A stretch of 64,000 bases of DNA from Betaproteobacteria bacterium UBA5216 (GCA_002412495.1 DHVE01000053.1:1231-65230); one strand, 5' to 3'; counted from the first letter of the stretch, positions 9,181 to 19,400 are shown. Notes: a model not told the origin generated them from the letters alone. Numbers and translations are program-made.

Positions 9181-11451
9181 ATGAACGCAATCAACCGTCG
9201 TGAATTCCTCAAGACCACCGGCGCGCTGGTGATCAGCATTGCCCTGCCCAGCTCGATTGAATCGGCACTGTCGCAAACCGCCACGGGTAAACCGTCTGTT
9301 GCCGCAGGCAAGCCCCCCCTGTTGCCCGATGAACTCGATTCGTGGATTGCAATTCTGCCCAACGGCAATGCTACGGCCTACTTCGGAAAAATGGACATGG
9401 GCCAGGGCGTCGATGTCGCCGTGCAGCAGATCGTGGCGGAAGAACTCGATCTCGCGTTCGAGCGCGTAAATGTCATCATGGGCGACACGGCGCTCACCTG
9501 CAATCAGGGGGGGGCGTCCGGCAGCACGGGATTGCAGATGGGCGGCATGGCATTGCGCAATGCCGCCGCCGAAGCTAGGCGCGTGCTGGTTGAACGCGCG
9601 TCGCAACAACTTGGCGTCGCGGCGGATCAACTGCGCGTGGACAATGGCGTTGTGATGTCCGCTTCGCAACGCGTGACCTACGGCGACTTGATCGGCGGGC
9701 AATATTTTCATCACAAGCTCGAATGGAACAAGCAGTACGGCAATCCGCTCAAGGTGCAAGGCAAGGCCACGCCGAAAAAACCGTCGGAATACAAGGTCGT
9801 CGGCAAACCGTTTCCACAAGCCATCATTACTGAAAAGGTAATGGGCCGGCAGAACTTCATCACCGACATCACGGTGCCCGGCATGGTCCATGCGCGCGTG
9901 GTACGCCCGCTGAACGCGGGGTGTTCGGTGGTGTCGGTGGATGAAAGTTCCATCAAGCACATCGCGACAGCGCGCGTGGTGCGCGAACAGAATTTCCTCG
10001 CAGTGGTCGCCGACAAGGAATGGGATGCCGTGCGCGCCGCCGAAGCGCTTAAGGTGGAGTGGTCGCCGCAGTGCGATCCGTTTCCGACGATGGCAACGTT
10101 GCACGATCACATCCGCAAGTCATCGATCACCAAAAAAGAAACGGCGGTGAATCGCGGCAATGTGGATGAAGCGTTCAAGACCGCCGCGAAAATGATCGAA
10201 GCTGAATATGAGTGGCCGCTGCAATCACACGCCAGCATGGGGCCGGCCTGCGCCATAGCCGATATGAACAGCGACAATCCGCGTGTGTGGACCGGCTCGC
10301 AAAAGCCGCACTACGGGCGGTCCGGCTGTGCACGCATCACCGGCATACCCCTGGAAAAAATGCGCTCGACCTGGGTGCCCGGCCCCGGCTCGTACGGCCG
10401 CAACGAGGCCGGTGACTGCGCAACCGACGCCGCGCTGATTTCCAAGGCCATCGGCAAGCCAGTGCGCGTGCAATACATGCGCCACGACGCGACGGCCTGG
10501 GATCCGAAAGGCCCGGCCGGCGTGTTTCGCGGTCGCGCCGCACTCGACGCCGCCGGGAATGTCGCGGCCTATGATTTTTTTGCCAAGGGATTTACGCGGC
10601 AGGATGTGGCAACCACTGAAGCCGATCCGAAAGACACGCTGGCGGGCCAGTTCACCAAATATGCGCCCAAGGGCACTTTGATTTTTCAGACGCCCGCCGA
10701 GGCTTACACGTTTGAAAACAAGCGCTGCGGCTGGGAAACCATTCCCGCGATGCTGGAGCGCGGCTCGCCGCTGCGCACCGGACATTTTCGCGATCCGCTG
10801 GGCCCTGAAACGCATTTCGCCAGCGAGTCGTTTATCGATGAAGTCGCCGCCGCCGCCAATGCCGATCCTGTGGCGTTTCGCTTGAAATACCTCACGCGCG
10901 AACGCGACGTGGCGGTGATCAAGGCCGCCGCCGAAAAAGCGCGCTGGAAGGCCGGCGAACGCGGCAGCCGCGGCAAGGGCGCCTTGATGCGCGGGCGCGG
11001 CTTCGCCTACACTGAACGCAATGGCACGGTGGTTGCGCTCGTTGCCGAAGTGGAAGTCGAACGCAAAACAGGCCGTGTGTGGGCAAAAAAATTCTGGTGT
11101 GCGCACGACTGCGGCCAGATCATCAACCCTGGCACCATCCTCACCGTCATCGAAGGCAACATCGTGCAGGCTACGTCGCGCACTTTACTTGAAGAAGTAA
11201 AATTCGATAAAAATCAAGTGCTTAGCGTGGATTGGGCAACCTACCCCATTCTGGAATTATCGGACGCGCCCGAAAGCATCGAGATTGCTCTGATTAACCG
11301 GCCGGAAATGGCCCCCCAAGGCGCGGGGGAACCATCGCACCGTACCGTGCCGGCGGCCATTGCGAATGCCATTTTTGACGCGACCGGTATTCGGATGCGC
11401 AAGGTGCCGATTACGCCGCAGCGAATGCGGGAGGCGTTGCTAAGAGCGTAA
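9181..11451 (+). CDS. Molybdopterin-binding large subunit of an aldehyde/isoquinoline oxidoreductase (IorB-like), Tat-exported
   Basis: The track ORF starts at 9091, inside the upstream gene. I prefer the ATG at 9181 (MNAINRREFLKTTGALV, twin-arginine signal) preceded by GGGGAGA. An ATG at 9160, overlapping the iorA-like stop, is an alternative. Confidence 0.85.
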   Translation: MNAINRREFLKTTGALVISIALPSSIESALSQTATGKPSVAAGKPPLLPDELDSWIAILPNGNATAYFGKMDMGQGVDVAVQQIVAEELDLAFERVNVIMGDTALTCNQGGASGSTGLQMGGMALRNAAAEARRVLVERASQQLGVAADQLRVDNGVVMSASQRVTYGDLIGGQYFHHKLEWNKQYGNPLKVQGKATPKKPSEYKVVGKPFPQAIITEKVMGRQNFITDITVPGMVHARVVRPLNAGCSVVSVDESSIKHIATARVVREQNFLAVVADKEWDAVRAAEALKVEWSPQCDPFPTMATLHDHIRKSSITKKETAVNRGNVDEAFKTAAKMIEAEYEWPLQSHASMGPACAIADMNSDNPRVWTGSQKPHYGRSGCARITGIPLEKMRSTWVPGPGSYGRNEAGDCATDAALISKAIGKPVRVQYMRHDATAWDPKGPAGVFRGRAALDAAGNVAAYDFFAKGFTRQDVATTEADPKDTLAGQFTKYAPKGTLIFQTPAEAYTFENKRCGWETIPAMLERGSPLRTGHFRDPLGPETHFASESFIDEVAAAANADPVAFRLKYLTRERDVAVIKAAAEKARWKAGERGSRGKGALMRGRGFAYTERNGTVVALVAEVEVERKTGRVWAKKFWCAHDCGQIINPGTILTVIEGNIVQATSRTLLEEVKFDKNQVLSVDWATYPILELSDAPESIEIALINRPEMAPQGAGEPSHRTVPAAIANAIFDATGIRMRKVPITPQRMREALLRA

Positions 11452-11519
11452 GGAGAACGCAAATAAAAGCGCGCCACCGATAGGCTTGTTCTCTTCCTTC
11501 CGTTTGCTCCGTTGAAAAA

Positions 11520-12479
11520 CTAGTCCGCCTTCGCACCCGACGCACGCACCACCTTTGTCCACTTCGCGATTTCGGCACGCAGAAATTCGCCGCAGGCTTC
11601 GGCGGAACTTCCCACCGGCTCGGTGCCCAACGCCGCGAAGCGGTCTTTCACAGCGGGGCTATGCACCGCTTTCACGATTTCACTGTTGAGCCGCGCGATG
11701 ATGTCGCGCGGCACGCCGGCGGGCGCCAGCATCATGTACCAGCCAGTGACCTCGAAGCCGGGTACACCGGATTCCGAAACCGTCGGCACCTCTGGTGTAA
11801 GCGACAGCCGTTTGGGACCGGTAACCGCGATAGCGCGCAGCCGTCCACTCTTGATCGGGTTGATCGCCGCCGTGGTGCTGCTGATCATCAAATCAATTTC
11901 GCCGCTCATCAACGCAGTGGCTGCCTGTGCCGCGCTTTTGTACGGCACATGCACCAGCCTGGTTCCTGTCATGTTCTGAAACAACACGCCGCCCAGATGG
12001 TTGGCACTGCCATTGCCGGATGAACCGTAGGTAACGCGTCCTGATTTCGCCTTGGCAAGCGCGATGAGATCCTTCACCGTTCTGACCGGTACGCTGGGAT
12101 GCGTGGACAGAAAATACTGCCCGGTGGTCAGCTGCGAAATCGCTGCAAAATCCCGCAAGGTGTCGTACGGCAGCTTGGCTTGCAGACTGGGGTTGATCGA
12201 CAACTCCGGCGATGCTGTCACCAAGGTGTAACCATCTGGTGCGGCCTTGGCAGCAACTTCGGTGCCGATCACCGTGCCCGCGCCGGGACGGTTTTCCACC
12301 ACCACCGGCACGCCCATCTGCTCGGAAAGTTTCTGCGACACGATACGCCCGGTCACATCGGTGCCGCCGCCGGGCCCGAGCGCAACAATCATGCGTATCG
12401 CCCGACTGGGATAGTTTTGTGCGACCGCACTACCCGTGATGCAACCCGCCGCCAGCAACAGCGCCATCCGCTTGATCAT
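11520..12479 (-). CDS. Bug family (TctC-like) substrate-binding protein
   Basis: 319 aa. Signal peptide plus the NYPSRAIRMIVALGPGG signature. 4-nt overlap with the upstream VOC gene. Confidence 0.85.
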   Translation of the reverse strand: MIKRMALLLAAGCITGSAVAQNYPSRAIRMIVALGPGGGTDVTGRIVSQKLSEQMGVPVVVENRPGAGTVIGTEVAAKAAPDGYTLVTASPELSINPSLQAKLPYDTLRDFAAISQLTTGQYFLSTHPSVPVRTVKDLIALAKAKSGRVTYGSSGNGSANHLGGVLFQNMTGTRLVHVPYKSAAQAATALMSGEIDLMISSTTAAINPIKSGRLRAIAVTGPKRLSLTPEVPTVSESGVPGFEVTGWYMMLAPAGVPRDIIARLNSEIVKAVHSPAVKDRFAALGTEPVGSSAEACGEFLRAEIAKWTKVVRASGAKAD

Positions 12480-13450
12480 CGTGCCGCCTTTCCTGCTTCA
12501 TCTATGGCTTTCGCCATGGCCAGCGACGGGCGCACCGGCCCACCTTCCGGCACATGAATTCCATCGGCCAGATGCCATTCCGAAAAACGGTTCATTTTGT
12601 AGTTATGTGGCTGCCATTTCTCAGTGACAAAATCCGGGTCGCAAAAGTATTCCATCATGCCGCCCAGCGGATTGCGGAAATACCAGAAATACGCCGACGA
12701 TATCGGATGCCGCCCCGGCCCCACGGCGGTGGCCCATTGCCGCCGAGAAAAATACAAACCGCCCCCGAAGACTTCATGCACGTCATTCACTTCATAGGCG
12801 AAGTGATGCAGGTCGATGCCGCCAGTGCGGCTTTTCAGCATGAACAGGTTGTGGTGGTCGCTGCGCGCCGCATGGCGCAGAAATACCGCCGCGCCGCCAG
12901 CGTAGCGATCAGACAGCCAGAAGCCGAGCCGCTTGACGTAAAACCGCTCGGCCACTTTGACGTCGGGCACGAAAAAGGCCGCATGGCCGATGCGATGTGG
13001 CGCGGCGCGCGCATAGGTGGTACCCACAGCATTCACGCGGGCGCGCAAGCGCGGCTGATTGTATATGGTGGGATTGCCCGCCTTGATCGCAGCGGGCTTC
13101 CACAGGCGAAAGCCGATGTGAACGCCGCTGTCGTCGGTGGTATGGAGCGTGCCCGCCTTGTCCAGCGTGACGGCGCGGTCACGCGCCAGATTTTCGGCAA
13201 GCGCGACCAAATGTTTTTGATCCGATACACCCCAGACAATTTCGCGAAAGTTCGATTGCTCGCTGATGCGTGGCGGCAGCCCAGGCGTGTTTTCCGGACA
13301 CGCGATCACTTGGCCGCCAGCGCCGGTGATAAACACCGCTGCCGTTTTGCCGCGCGAGGCTTCCTTCAGCCCCCAATCAGAGAACAGTTTTTTCGCCAGG
13401 GTAAGATCAGGCGCGCCATACACAACGGTTGCTATGCCTGTGAATGCCAT
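12476..13450 (-). CDS. VOC family protein (two-domain extradiol dioxygenase/glyoxalase-like)
   Basis: The track ORF extends to 13579. I prefer the ATG at 13450 (MAFTGIATVVYGAPDL). Two glyoxalase-type modules are visible (GHAAFFVPD, HHFAYEV). Confidence 0.7.
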   Translation of the reverse strand: MAFTGIATVVYGAPDLTLAKKLFSDWGLKEASRGKTAAVFITGAGGQVIACPENTPGLPPRISEQSNFREIVWGVSDQKHLVALAENLARDRAVTLDKAGTLHTTDDSGVHIGFRLWKPAAIKAGNPTIYNQPRLRARVNAVGTTYARAAPHRIGHAAFFVPDVKVAERFYVKRLGFWLSDRYAGGAAVFLRHAARSDHHNLFMLKSRTGGIDLHHFAYEVNDVHEVFGGGLYFSRRQWATAVGPGRHPISSAYFWYFRNPLGGMMEYFCDPDFVTEKWQPHNYKMNRFSEWHLADGIHVPEGGPVRPSLAMAKAIDEAGKAAR

Positions 13451-13672
13451 GCGTATTCCTGTAACTTGATGACAATCCTTCCGGTGCTTTCCGCGCAAGC
13501 GGGATTCGAAGGACAAAGTGGATTTGGGACCGCATAAGTAGATGCGTATCGTAGCGTGTTGTAGTGCACTAACGCACATGGTAATTCGTACGTCCTGATT
13601 TGGGAATAGCGGTTTGCACCGGGCCAGTTTCCCTTTACCATCGGCCTCTCTATTTTTTATGACAACAGTTCA

Positions 13673-14662
13673 ATGAAACGTTTTCCCGGCTCCGTGTTGT
13701 TGATGATTACCCTGCTGTTTGGCATGCAGTTATCCATGCCGCTTGGAGCGCAACAGATCGGGACACAGCAATTTCCCTCGCGCCCCATACGCATGATGGT
13801 TCCGGCCGCCGCCGCGGGCGTCACCGATATCGCGGCTCGCGTGTTGACGGCACGCTTGTCGGAAGCGCTGGGGCAACCCGTGGTGGTGGACAATCGCGCC
13901 GGCGCGGGGGGCATCATCGGCACCGATATCGTTGCCAAGGCCGCGCCCGATGGCCACACGCTGATGACGGCGTTCGACAGTTTTATTTCCAATCCCTTTG
14001 TGTTCAAGAAAATACCGTACGACACCTTGAAGGATTTCGCGCCGGTTTCCCTGCTGATTCGCGGGCCGCAGATTTTTGCCGCTTCGCCGAAACTCGGCGC
14101 AAAATCATTTAACGAGTTCGTCGCCATCGCCAAGGGCAAACCCGGATCGATCCGTTACGCCACGGCGGGGCCGGCCACTTCGAGCCGCCTGTCGGTGGAA
14201 CTTTTCAAAGCCGTCAGCAAACTTGACGGTACGACGATTTTTTTCAAGGGTGGCGGCCCGGCGTTGAATGATCTGCTTGGCGGTCATGTTGACGTAATGA
14301 TCGCATCGGCGGGCCTGGTACTCAGCCACACCAAAAGCGGCCGTTTGTACGCGCTGGCGGTGAGCTCAAAAAACCGCACCGCGCTTGCGCCAGGGGTGCC
14401 TTCGGTCAGCGAGTTCTATCCGCAGTTCGAGGCGCAATCGTGGGTGGGCATGCTGGCCCCCGCCGCCACGCCGCGCGCCATCATTCTGCGGCTGAACGCC
14501 GAAGTCAACAAGGCGCTCGCCGACGCCGACGTGAAAGAACGCTTTAATACGCTGGGGTATGAAATCGCGGGTGGCGCGCCGGAACAATTTGGCGAATGGC
14601 TGCGCGCGGAATCGGTAAAATGGGGCAAAGTCATACGCGATAATCAAATCACGGCGGAATGA
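13673..14662 (+). CDS. Bug family (TctC-like) substrate-binding protein
   Basis: 329 aa. Signal peptide, FPSRPIRMMVPAAAAG, DNRAGAGG and PDGHTLM blocks. Confidence 0.85.
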   Translation: MKRFPGSVLLMITLLFGMQLSMPLGAQQIGTQQFPSRPIRMMVPAAAAGVTDIAARVLTARLSEALGQPVVVDNRAGAGGIIGTDIVAKAAPDGHTLMTAFDSFISNPFVFKKIPYDTLKDFAPVSLLIRGPQIFAASPKLGAKSFNEFVAIAKGKPGSIRYATAGPATSSRLSVELFKAVSKLDGTTIFFKGGGPALNDLLGGHVDVMIASAGLVLSHTKSGRLYALAVSSKNRTALAPGVPSVSEFYPQFEAQSWVGMLAPAATPRAIILRLNAEVNKALADADVKERFNTLGYEIAGGAPEQFGEWLRAESVKWGKVIRDNQITAE

Positions 14663-14713
14663 CAACCCGGCCGTAACCAACAGCCACAAGAAAAGAAAAG
14701 GGGTGGGCGCATC

Positions 14714-15334
14714 ATGCTGAAAATTTGGGGCCGCAAGAATTCAATCAATGTGCAAAAAGTACTGTGGGCCTGCGGTGAACTGTCGTTGCCGATAGAACGC
14801 GTCGATGCCGGCATGGCGTTTGGCGTGAATAACACGCCCGAATACAAGGCGATGAATCCCAACGGACTGGTGCCGTTGATGAACGATGAAGGATTTTTGC
14901 TATGGGAATCACATGCCATCGTTCGGTATCTCGCACGCAAACACGGTTTGGGTACGCTGTGCCCCGCGGATGAAAAAATGGCCGCCGACGCCGATCGCTG
15001 GATGGAATGGTTCAGCACGACGCTGTGGCTGAATCTGCGCCCGGTATTCTGGAATCTGGTGCGCACGCCGCCGGAAAAACGCGATATGCCGCAGGTTGAA
15101 TCCAGTCTGAAAGCCTTGACTGCCCATTTTCAGGTAGTCGATGCATGGCTCGCGCAGCGTGACTACATGGCGGGCAACGCATTCAGCATGGGTGACATCC
15201 CGATGGGCGTTTCGGCGTTTCGTTGGTATAACATGGACATCGCGAGACCCGCCCTGAAAAATCTGGATGCGTGGTATGCGCGCCTGTGCAAGCGCCCGGC
15301 GTTTAAGGAACACGCAATGTTGCCGCTCACATAA
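14714..15334 (+). CDS. Glutathione S-transferase
   Basis: 206 aa. GST N-terminal fold pattern (LKIWGRKNSINVQKVLW...NPNGLVPLMNDEGFLLWESHAIVRYL). Confidence 0.8.
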   Translation: MLKIWGRKNSINVQKVLWACGELSLPIERVDAGMAFGVNNTPEYKAMNPNGLVPLMNDEGFLLWESHAIVRYLARKHGLGTLCPADEKMAADADRWMEWFSTTLWLNLRPVFWNLVRTPPEKRDMPQVESSLKALTAHFQVVDAWLAQRDYMAGNAFSMGDIPMGVSAFRWYNMDIARPALKNLDAWYARLCKRPAFKEHAMLPLT

Positions 15335-15368
15335 AACGCAATAAATACAATACGTTACAATAAACACT

Positions 15369-16064
15369 GTGCGCAACTACCGCTACTTCAACCTGGTGAT
15401 GGTGGCTTTTGTCACCGTGCTGATCTGCTCTAATCTGATCGGCCCGGCGAAAATTGCGCAAATTGATTTGCCGGTGTGGGGCACGCTGACCTTTGGCGCG
15501 GGCGTGCTATTTTTCCCGATCTCGTATGTGTTCGGCGACATACTGACCGAGGTCTATGGTTACTCACGCGCGCGCAAGGTGATCTGGAGCGGCTTTGCCG
15601 CGCTGGCGTTTGCCTCGATCATGGCCGCAATGGTGGTGGCGTTGCCTCCTGCGCCGTTCTGGAAGCATCAAGGCGCCTATGAAATCGCGTTTGGCTCTAC
15701 ATGGCGCATCGTGCTGGCCTCGATGATCGCGTATTTCTGCGGGGAGTTCATCAATTCGCTGGTACTGGCGAAAATGAAAATACTCACGCAAGGCAAACAC
15801 CTGTGGAGCCGCACCATCGGCTCAACCATCGCCGGCGAGGCCGTCGATTCCGCGCTGTTTTACCCGCTTGCGTTTTACGGCACGGGCATCATTCCCGATG
15901 ACAAACTGCCAATGGTGATGCTGGCGCAATTTGCGCTGAAAGTCAGCGTTGAAGTCCTCTTCACACCATTGACCTACAAACTCGTCAACTGGTTGAAGCA
16001 GGCCGAAAACGAAGACTATTACGACCGGCAAACAGATTTCAACCCGTTTCGTCTCAAGGACTGA
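15369..16064 (+). CDS. yhhQ: Queuosine precursor transporter (YhhQ/DUF165 family)
   Basis: 231-aa polytopic membrane protein. FFPISYVFGDILTEVYGY is the family hallmark. GTG start. Confidence 0.8.
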   Translation: MRNYRYFNLVMVAFVTVLICSNLIGPAKIAQIDLPVWGTLTFGAGVLFFPISYVFGDILTEVYGYSRARKVIWSGFAALAFASIMAAMVVALPPAPFWKHQGAYEIAFGSTWRIVLASMIAYFCGEFINSLVLAKMKILTQGKHLWSRTIGSTIAGEAVDSALFYPLAFYGTGIIPDDKLPMVMLAQFALKVSVEVLFTPLTYKLVNWLKQAENEDYYDRQTDFNPFRLKD

Positions 16065-16086
16065 CCCGACTTTCGAGGAGACACTC

Positions 16087-16824
16087 ATGCCCATGGTGCT
16101 TGCGGCCATCACCGTTTTCATTCAGGCCTGTTTCATTATTCATGTCTACAAGACCGGCCGGCCCTACTGGTGGGCGCTGATCATTCTGTCTTTCCCGGTA
16201 ATCGGATGCGTGGTCTATTACTTCTCGGAGATTTTTCCGGGAACACAAGAGGCGCGCAAGGCGGAGAAACTCGCCAAGGCGCTGGGCAAGAAACTCTCGG
16301 GCGACAAAGAGTTTGCGCGCAAGATCGAAGAAGTCGAAATCTGCGGCAGCGTCGACAATAAGATCTCGCTTGCACACGAGTGCATGGAACGCGGCTTGCA
16401 TGATGACGCGGCGCGGCTCTATCGCGGCTGCATGACGGGGCTGTATGCGGACGATCCCAACTTGCTGCTCGATCTGACGGCCGCGCAGGTGGAACAACAG
16501 AATTTCAATGAAGCGCGCGCGACACTCGAGAAGCTGCTCGCGAAACATCCCGATTTCAAACCCAACGACGCCCGTCTCCTGCATGCGCGAGTGCTGGAAG
16601 GCACGGGCGATAACGGCGGCGCACTGCGACTTTACGAGGCACTGCTGCCGGTTTATGTCGGCCTGGAGGCGCGCTACCGCCACGGGTTATTGCTGAAGAA
16701 ACTCGGCCACACCAATCAGGCCCGCGCCGCGCTGGAGTCCATGCAGGAACACGCGCGCAAACATCGCGTCTCGCACGACAATGAATTGGCGTGGCTGAAT
16801 CTCGCGAAGAAGGAATTGGTCTGA
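16087..16824 (+). CDS. Membrane protein with a PLDc_N-like N-terminus and a TPR-like C-terminal domain
   Basis: 245 aa. The N-terminal two-helix segment (YKTGRPYWWALIILSFPVIGCVVYY) resembles the cardiolipin-synthase N-terminal domain. The remainder is helical-repeat-like. Confidence 0.6.
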   Translation: MPMVLAAITVFIQACFIIHVYKTGRPYWWALIILSFPVIGCVVYYFSEIFPGTQEARKAEKLAKALGKKLSGDKEFARKIEEVEICGSVDNKISLAHECMERGLHDDAARLYRGCMTGLYADDPNLLLDLTAAQVEQQNFNEARATLEKLLAKHPDFKPNDARLLHARVLEGTGDNGGALRLYEALLPVYVGLEARYRHGLLLKKLGHTNQARAALESMQEHARKHRVSHDNELAWLNLAKKELV

Positions 16825-16871
16825 GCAAATCCGGGAATGTTCCGGAAGATCCGCGTGATACCAAACTGAAG

Positions 16872-16948
16872 TGGTCAGGGAGGTGAGATTCGAACTCACG
16901 ACCTCCTGCTCCCAAAGCAGGCGCGCTACCAGGCTACGCTACACCCTG
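16872..16948 (-). tRNA. tRNA-Pro (anticodon UGG)
   Basis: 77 nt, folded by hand. Acceptor stem has C1:G72, discriminator A73 and an encoded CCA. D arm GCGT/GCGC, anticodon arm CCTGC-TTTGGGA-GCAGG, variable loop AGGTC, T arm GTGAG-TTCGAAT-CTCAC. There is one U6-U67 mismatch in the acceptor stem. Confidence 0.9.
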
Positions 16949-17057
16949 ACTGACGGCGCATTTTAGCTGATTTTCGCTGTTCTTTGCGCATCGACAACGA
17001 TGATCTGTCTTTACGCAAGTCCTATGCGATAAACTCGCCAGTTTAATTGGCATCTCC

Positions 17058-18272
17058 ATGACTGAAAAGAGAAACTGGCGCACGCCCGCCGTCGTGATCG
17101 CTTGTGCCGGATTGGCCATGACCATCGTGCTGGGCACGCGGCACGGATTCGGGCTGTATTTGCAACCCATGACCCTGGATCTTGGCATCAGCCGGGAGGT
17201 GTTCTCGTTCGCGATTGCGCTGCAAAATCTGTTTTACGGGTTCTCACAGCCGCTCACCGGCATGATCGCCGACAAGTTCGGCGCGGCTCGCGTAATGGCC
17301 GCCGGCACGGTTGCTTACGCGATAGGCCTGGTGCTGATGTCGCACTCCACCACCGGCACGGAACTGAATCTGAGCGCAGGGCTATTGATCGGTTCGGCCA
17401 TGGGCTGCTGTGGATTCAGTACCGTCTACGGCGTGATTGGCCGCGTGGTGCCGGCGGATAAGCGCAGCGCCGCCATGGGCATCGTCGGCGCGGCGGGCTC
17501 GCTCGGGCAATTCCTGATGCTGCCCTACGGACAGTTGCTGATAAACCACCTCGGGTGGCAACAGGCGTTGCTGGTTCTGGCCGTCACCGTGCTGCTGTTG
17601 TTGCCGCTGTCGGCCGCGTTGGTGGAAGACAAAACCACGCAGGCGAAAATTCTCTTCAAGCAATCGATTCCGGCCGCGCTGCGGGAAGCCTTCAGTCATC
17701 GAGGTTTTGTGCTGATGTGTATCGCGTACTCGGTCTGCGGATTCCAGTTGCTGTTTATCTCGGTGCATTTCCCCGCGTATCTGATCGATCAGAAAATGAC
17801 GCCCGCCACCGGCATGATCGCGTTGGCGCTGATCGGGTTATTCAATACCTTTGGCAGCTATACGTGGGGCTGGCTCGGCGGCCGCCACAGTAAAAAATAC
17901 CTGCTGGGCACGTTGTACTTCACGCGCGCCATGGTGGTGATGGCCTTTATTCTGGTGCCGCTGTCGGCGACGACGATTTACCTGTTCTCCGCCGCGATTG
18001 GATTTTTGTGGCTGGGCACCGCGCCCATCACCAGCGCGCTCATCGCGCAGATTTTCGGCGCGCGTTACCTGTCAACGCTGAGCGGCTGCGCCTTCATGTT
18101 TCATCAGACCGGCAGTTTTCTGGGCGTTTGGCTCGGCGGGCGGATTTTTGACACCACGGGTTCGTACACGCTGATGTGGTGGATCACCATTATCGCGGGC
18201 ATCGTGGCGGCGCTACTGGTATTGCCAGTGGACGAGCGGCAGATTCCCCGCACCGCAACGGCCACCGCGTAG
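17058..18272 (+). CDS. MFS transporter
   Basis: 404 aa with about 12 hydrophobic segments and an MFS-type loop pattern. Confidence 0.8.
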   Translation: MTEKRNWRTPAVVIACAGLAMTIVLGTRHGFGLYLQPMTLDLGISREVFSFAIALQNLFYGFSQPLTGMIADKFGAARVMAAGTVAYAIGLVLMSHSTTGTELNLSAGLLIGSAMGCCGFSTVYGVIGRVVPADKRSAAMGIVGAAGSLGQFLMLPYGQLLINHLGWQQALLVLAVTVLLLLPLSAALVEDKTTQAKILFKQSIPAALREAFSHRGFVLMCIAYSVCGFQLLFISVHFPAYLIDQKMTPATGMIALALIGLFNTFGSYTWGWLGGRHSKKYLLGTLYFTRAMVVMAFILVPLSATTIYLFSAAIGFLWLGTAPITSALIAQIFGARYLSTLSGCAFMFHQTGSFLGVWLGGRIFDTTGSYTLMWWITIIAGIVAALLVLPVDERQIPRTATATA

Positions 18273-18273
18273 T

Positions 18274-19230
18274 TCAGGCGAGCCGCGCCGCCTCGTCACG
18301 CAACCAGCTTCGAAATGCCGCCACGGCGGGACGCTCGTCCGCGTGTTCTCCACATGCCATGTAATAACCATCGGGCAACTTCACGCTCAGATCAAAAGGC
18401 GCCACCAGTTTGCCGCTGGAAATATCTTCCGCGGCCAGCACTGGCATGCTGGCCAGCACGCCCACGGCGTCTATCGCGGCTTCAAACGCCAGCACGGCGT
18501 GACTGAAGTGCGGCCCTTTGTTGGCATCAACGTCATGCACGCCGGCCGCCTTTAACCACAGTCCCCAAAACGGCTCATTGTCGTAGAGCTCGCCGGTATC
18601 GTCGTGCAGCAGCAGGTGGTGCTTGAGATCGTCCGGCGTACGCAGCGGATGCGGGTGATCCGCCGCGAGCAGCCGCGGGCTGCATATCGGCGTGATGCTC
18701 AGGTCGATCAGGCGTTCCACTTTCATGCCATGCACGTTGCCGCGTCCGTAAAGTATTGCGACGTCTGAATCAGACAACCACGCTTCCACCGTTGCGCGCT
18801 CGGCCACGTCGCCCTTGCCGTCCACGCTGATACGGCGCATGCGCGCGGAAATGCGCACGTCGACTTCCGGGTGCGCCGCAATAAAGCGGTGCAAGCGAGG
18901 CATCAGCCAGCGGGATGCAAACGAGGGTGCCGCGCTGACGGTAAGCGCCCCGCCATTCGGGTGACTGCGCAGCAGCGCAACCGCTTGCGCCATGCAGTCA
19001 AATCCCTCCCCCAGCTTGGGCAAGGCTGACTTGGCGACGTCCGTCAGTTCCAGCGCCCTGTTGTAGCGATGAAACAACTGCACGCCGAGGTAATCCTCCA
19101 GCGTGCGTATCTGGTGACTCACTGCAGCCGACGTGACATTCAGTTCCAAGGCGGCTTTCTTGACGCTCAAATGGCGCGCGGCGGCCTCAAAGGCTTTAAG
19201 CGAATTCAGCGGGGGTAGTCGCACGGGCAT
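18274..19230 (-). CDS. LysR family transcriptional regulator (GcvA/AmpR-like)
   Basis: 318 aa. N-terminal wHTH (LNSLKAFEAAARHLSVKKAALELNVTSAAVSHQIRTLE). Confidence 0.85.
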   Translation of the reverse strand: MPVRLPPLNSLKAFEAAARHLSVKKAALELNVTSAAVSHQIRTLEDYLGVQLFHRYNRALELTDVAKSALPKLGEGFDCMAQAVALLRSHPNGGALTVSAAPSFASRWLMPRLHRFIAAHPEVDVRISARMRRISVDGKGDVAERATVEAWLSDSDVAILYGRGNVHGMKVERLIDLSITPICSPRLLAADHPHPLRTPDDLKHHLLLHDDTGELYDNEPFWGLWLKAAGVHDVDANKGPHFSHAVLAFEAAIDAVGVLASMPVLAAEDISSGKLVAPFDLSVKLPDGYYMACGEHADERPAVAAFRSWLRDEAARLA

Positions 19231-19400
19231 GTTAACTCCGATTTAGTTTATCTCATCCGATCAGGCAAAAGATGTAAGTTGATGCGATGCAACATTTCTC
19301 GGAGAATCAAGTCTACTATAAGGTAGTAAGTTATTGATACTACGATGGTTCTAGAATCCGCACTTATGCAATAAGCAATTGAATTTAAAGGAGCATTTCC

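Noticed and set aside
9142-10110. A 322-aa minus-strand ORF inside the Mo-hydroxylase large-subunit gene. Similar long antisense ORFs lie at 3903..4910, 10225..11106, 12554..13537, 37434..38534, 48940..49815, 51138..51956, 55711..56655 and 59707..61128.
   Set aside because: All lie fully within genes that have strong family motifs on the other strand. All have Arg/His/Pro-rich, low-complexity translations, so they are GC-driven artefacts.
15335-15368. A possible preQ1 riboswitch upstream of the yhhQ-type queuosine-precursor transporter.
   Set aside because: Only 34 nt separate the GST stop from the GTG start. I could not find the short hairpin plus A-rich tail of preQ1-I. A covariance-model scan would be needed to be certain.
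16825-17057. The tRNA-Pro locus as a possible genomic-island integration site.
   Set aside because: No integrase, no repeat of the tRNA 3' end and no compositional break in the flanking genes.
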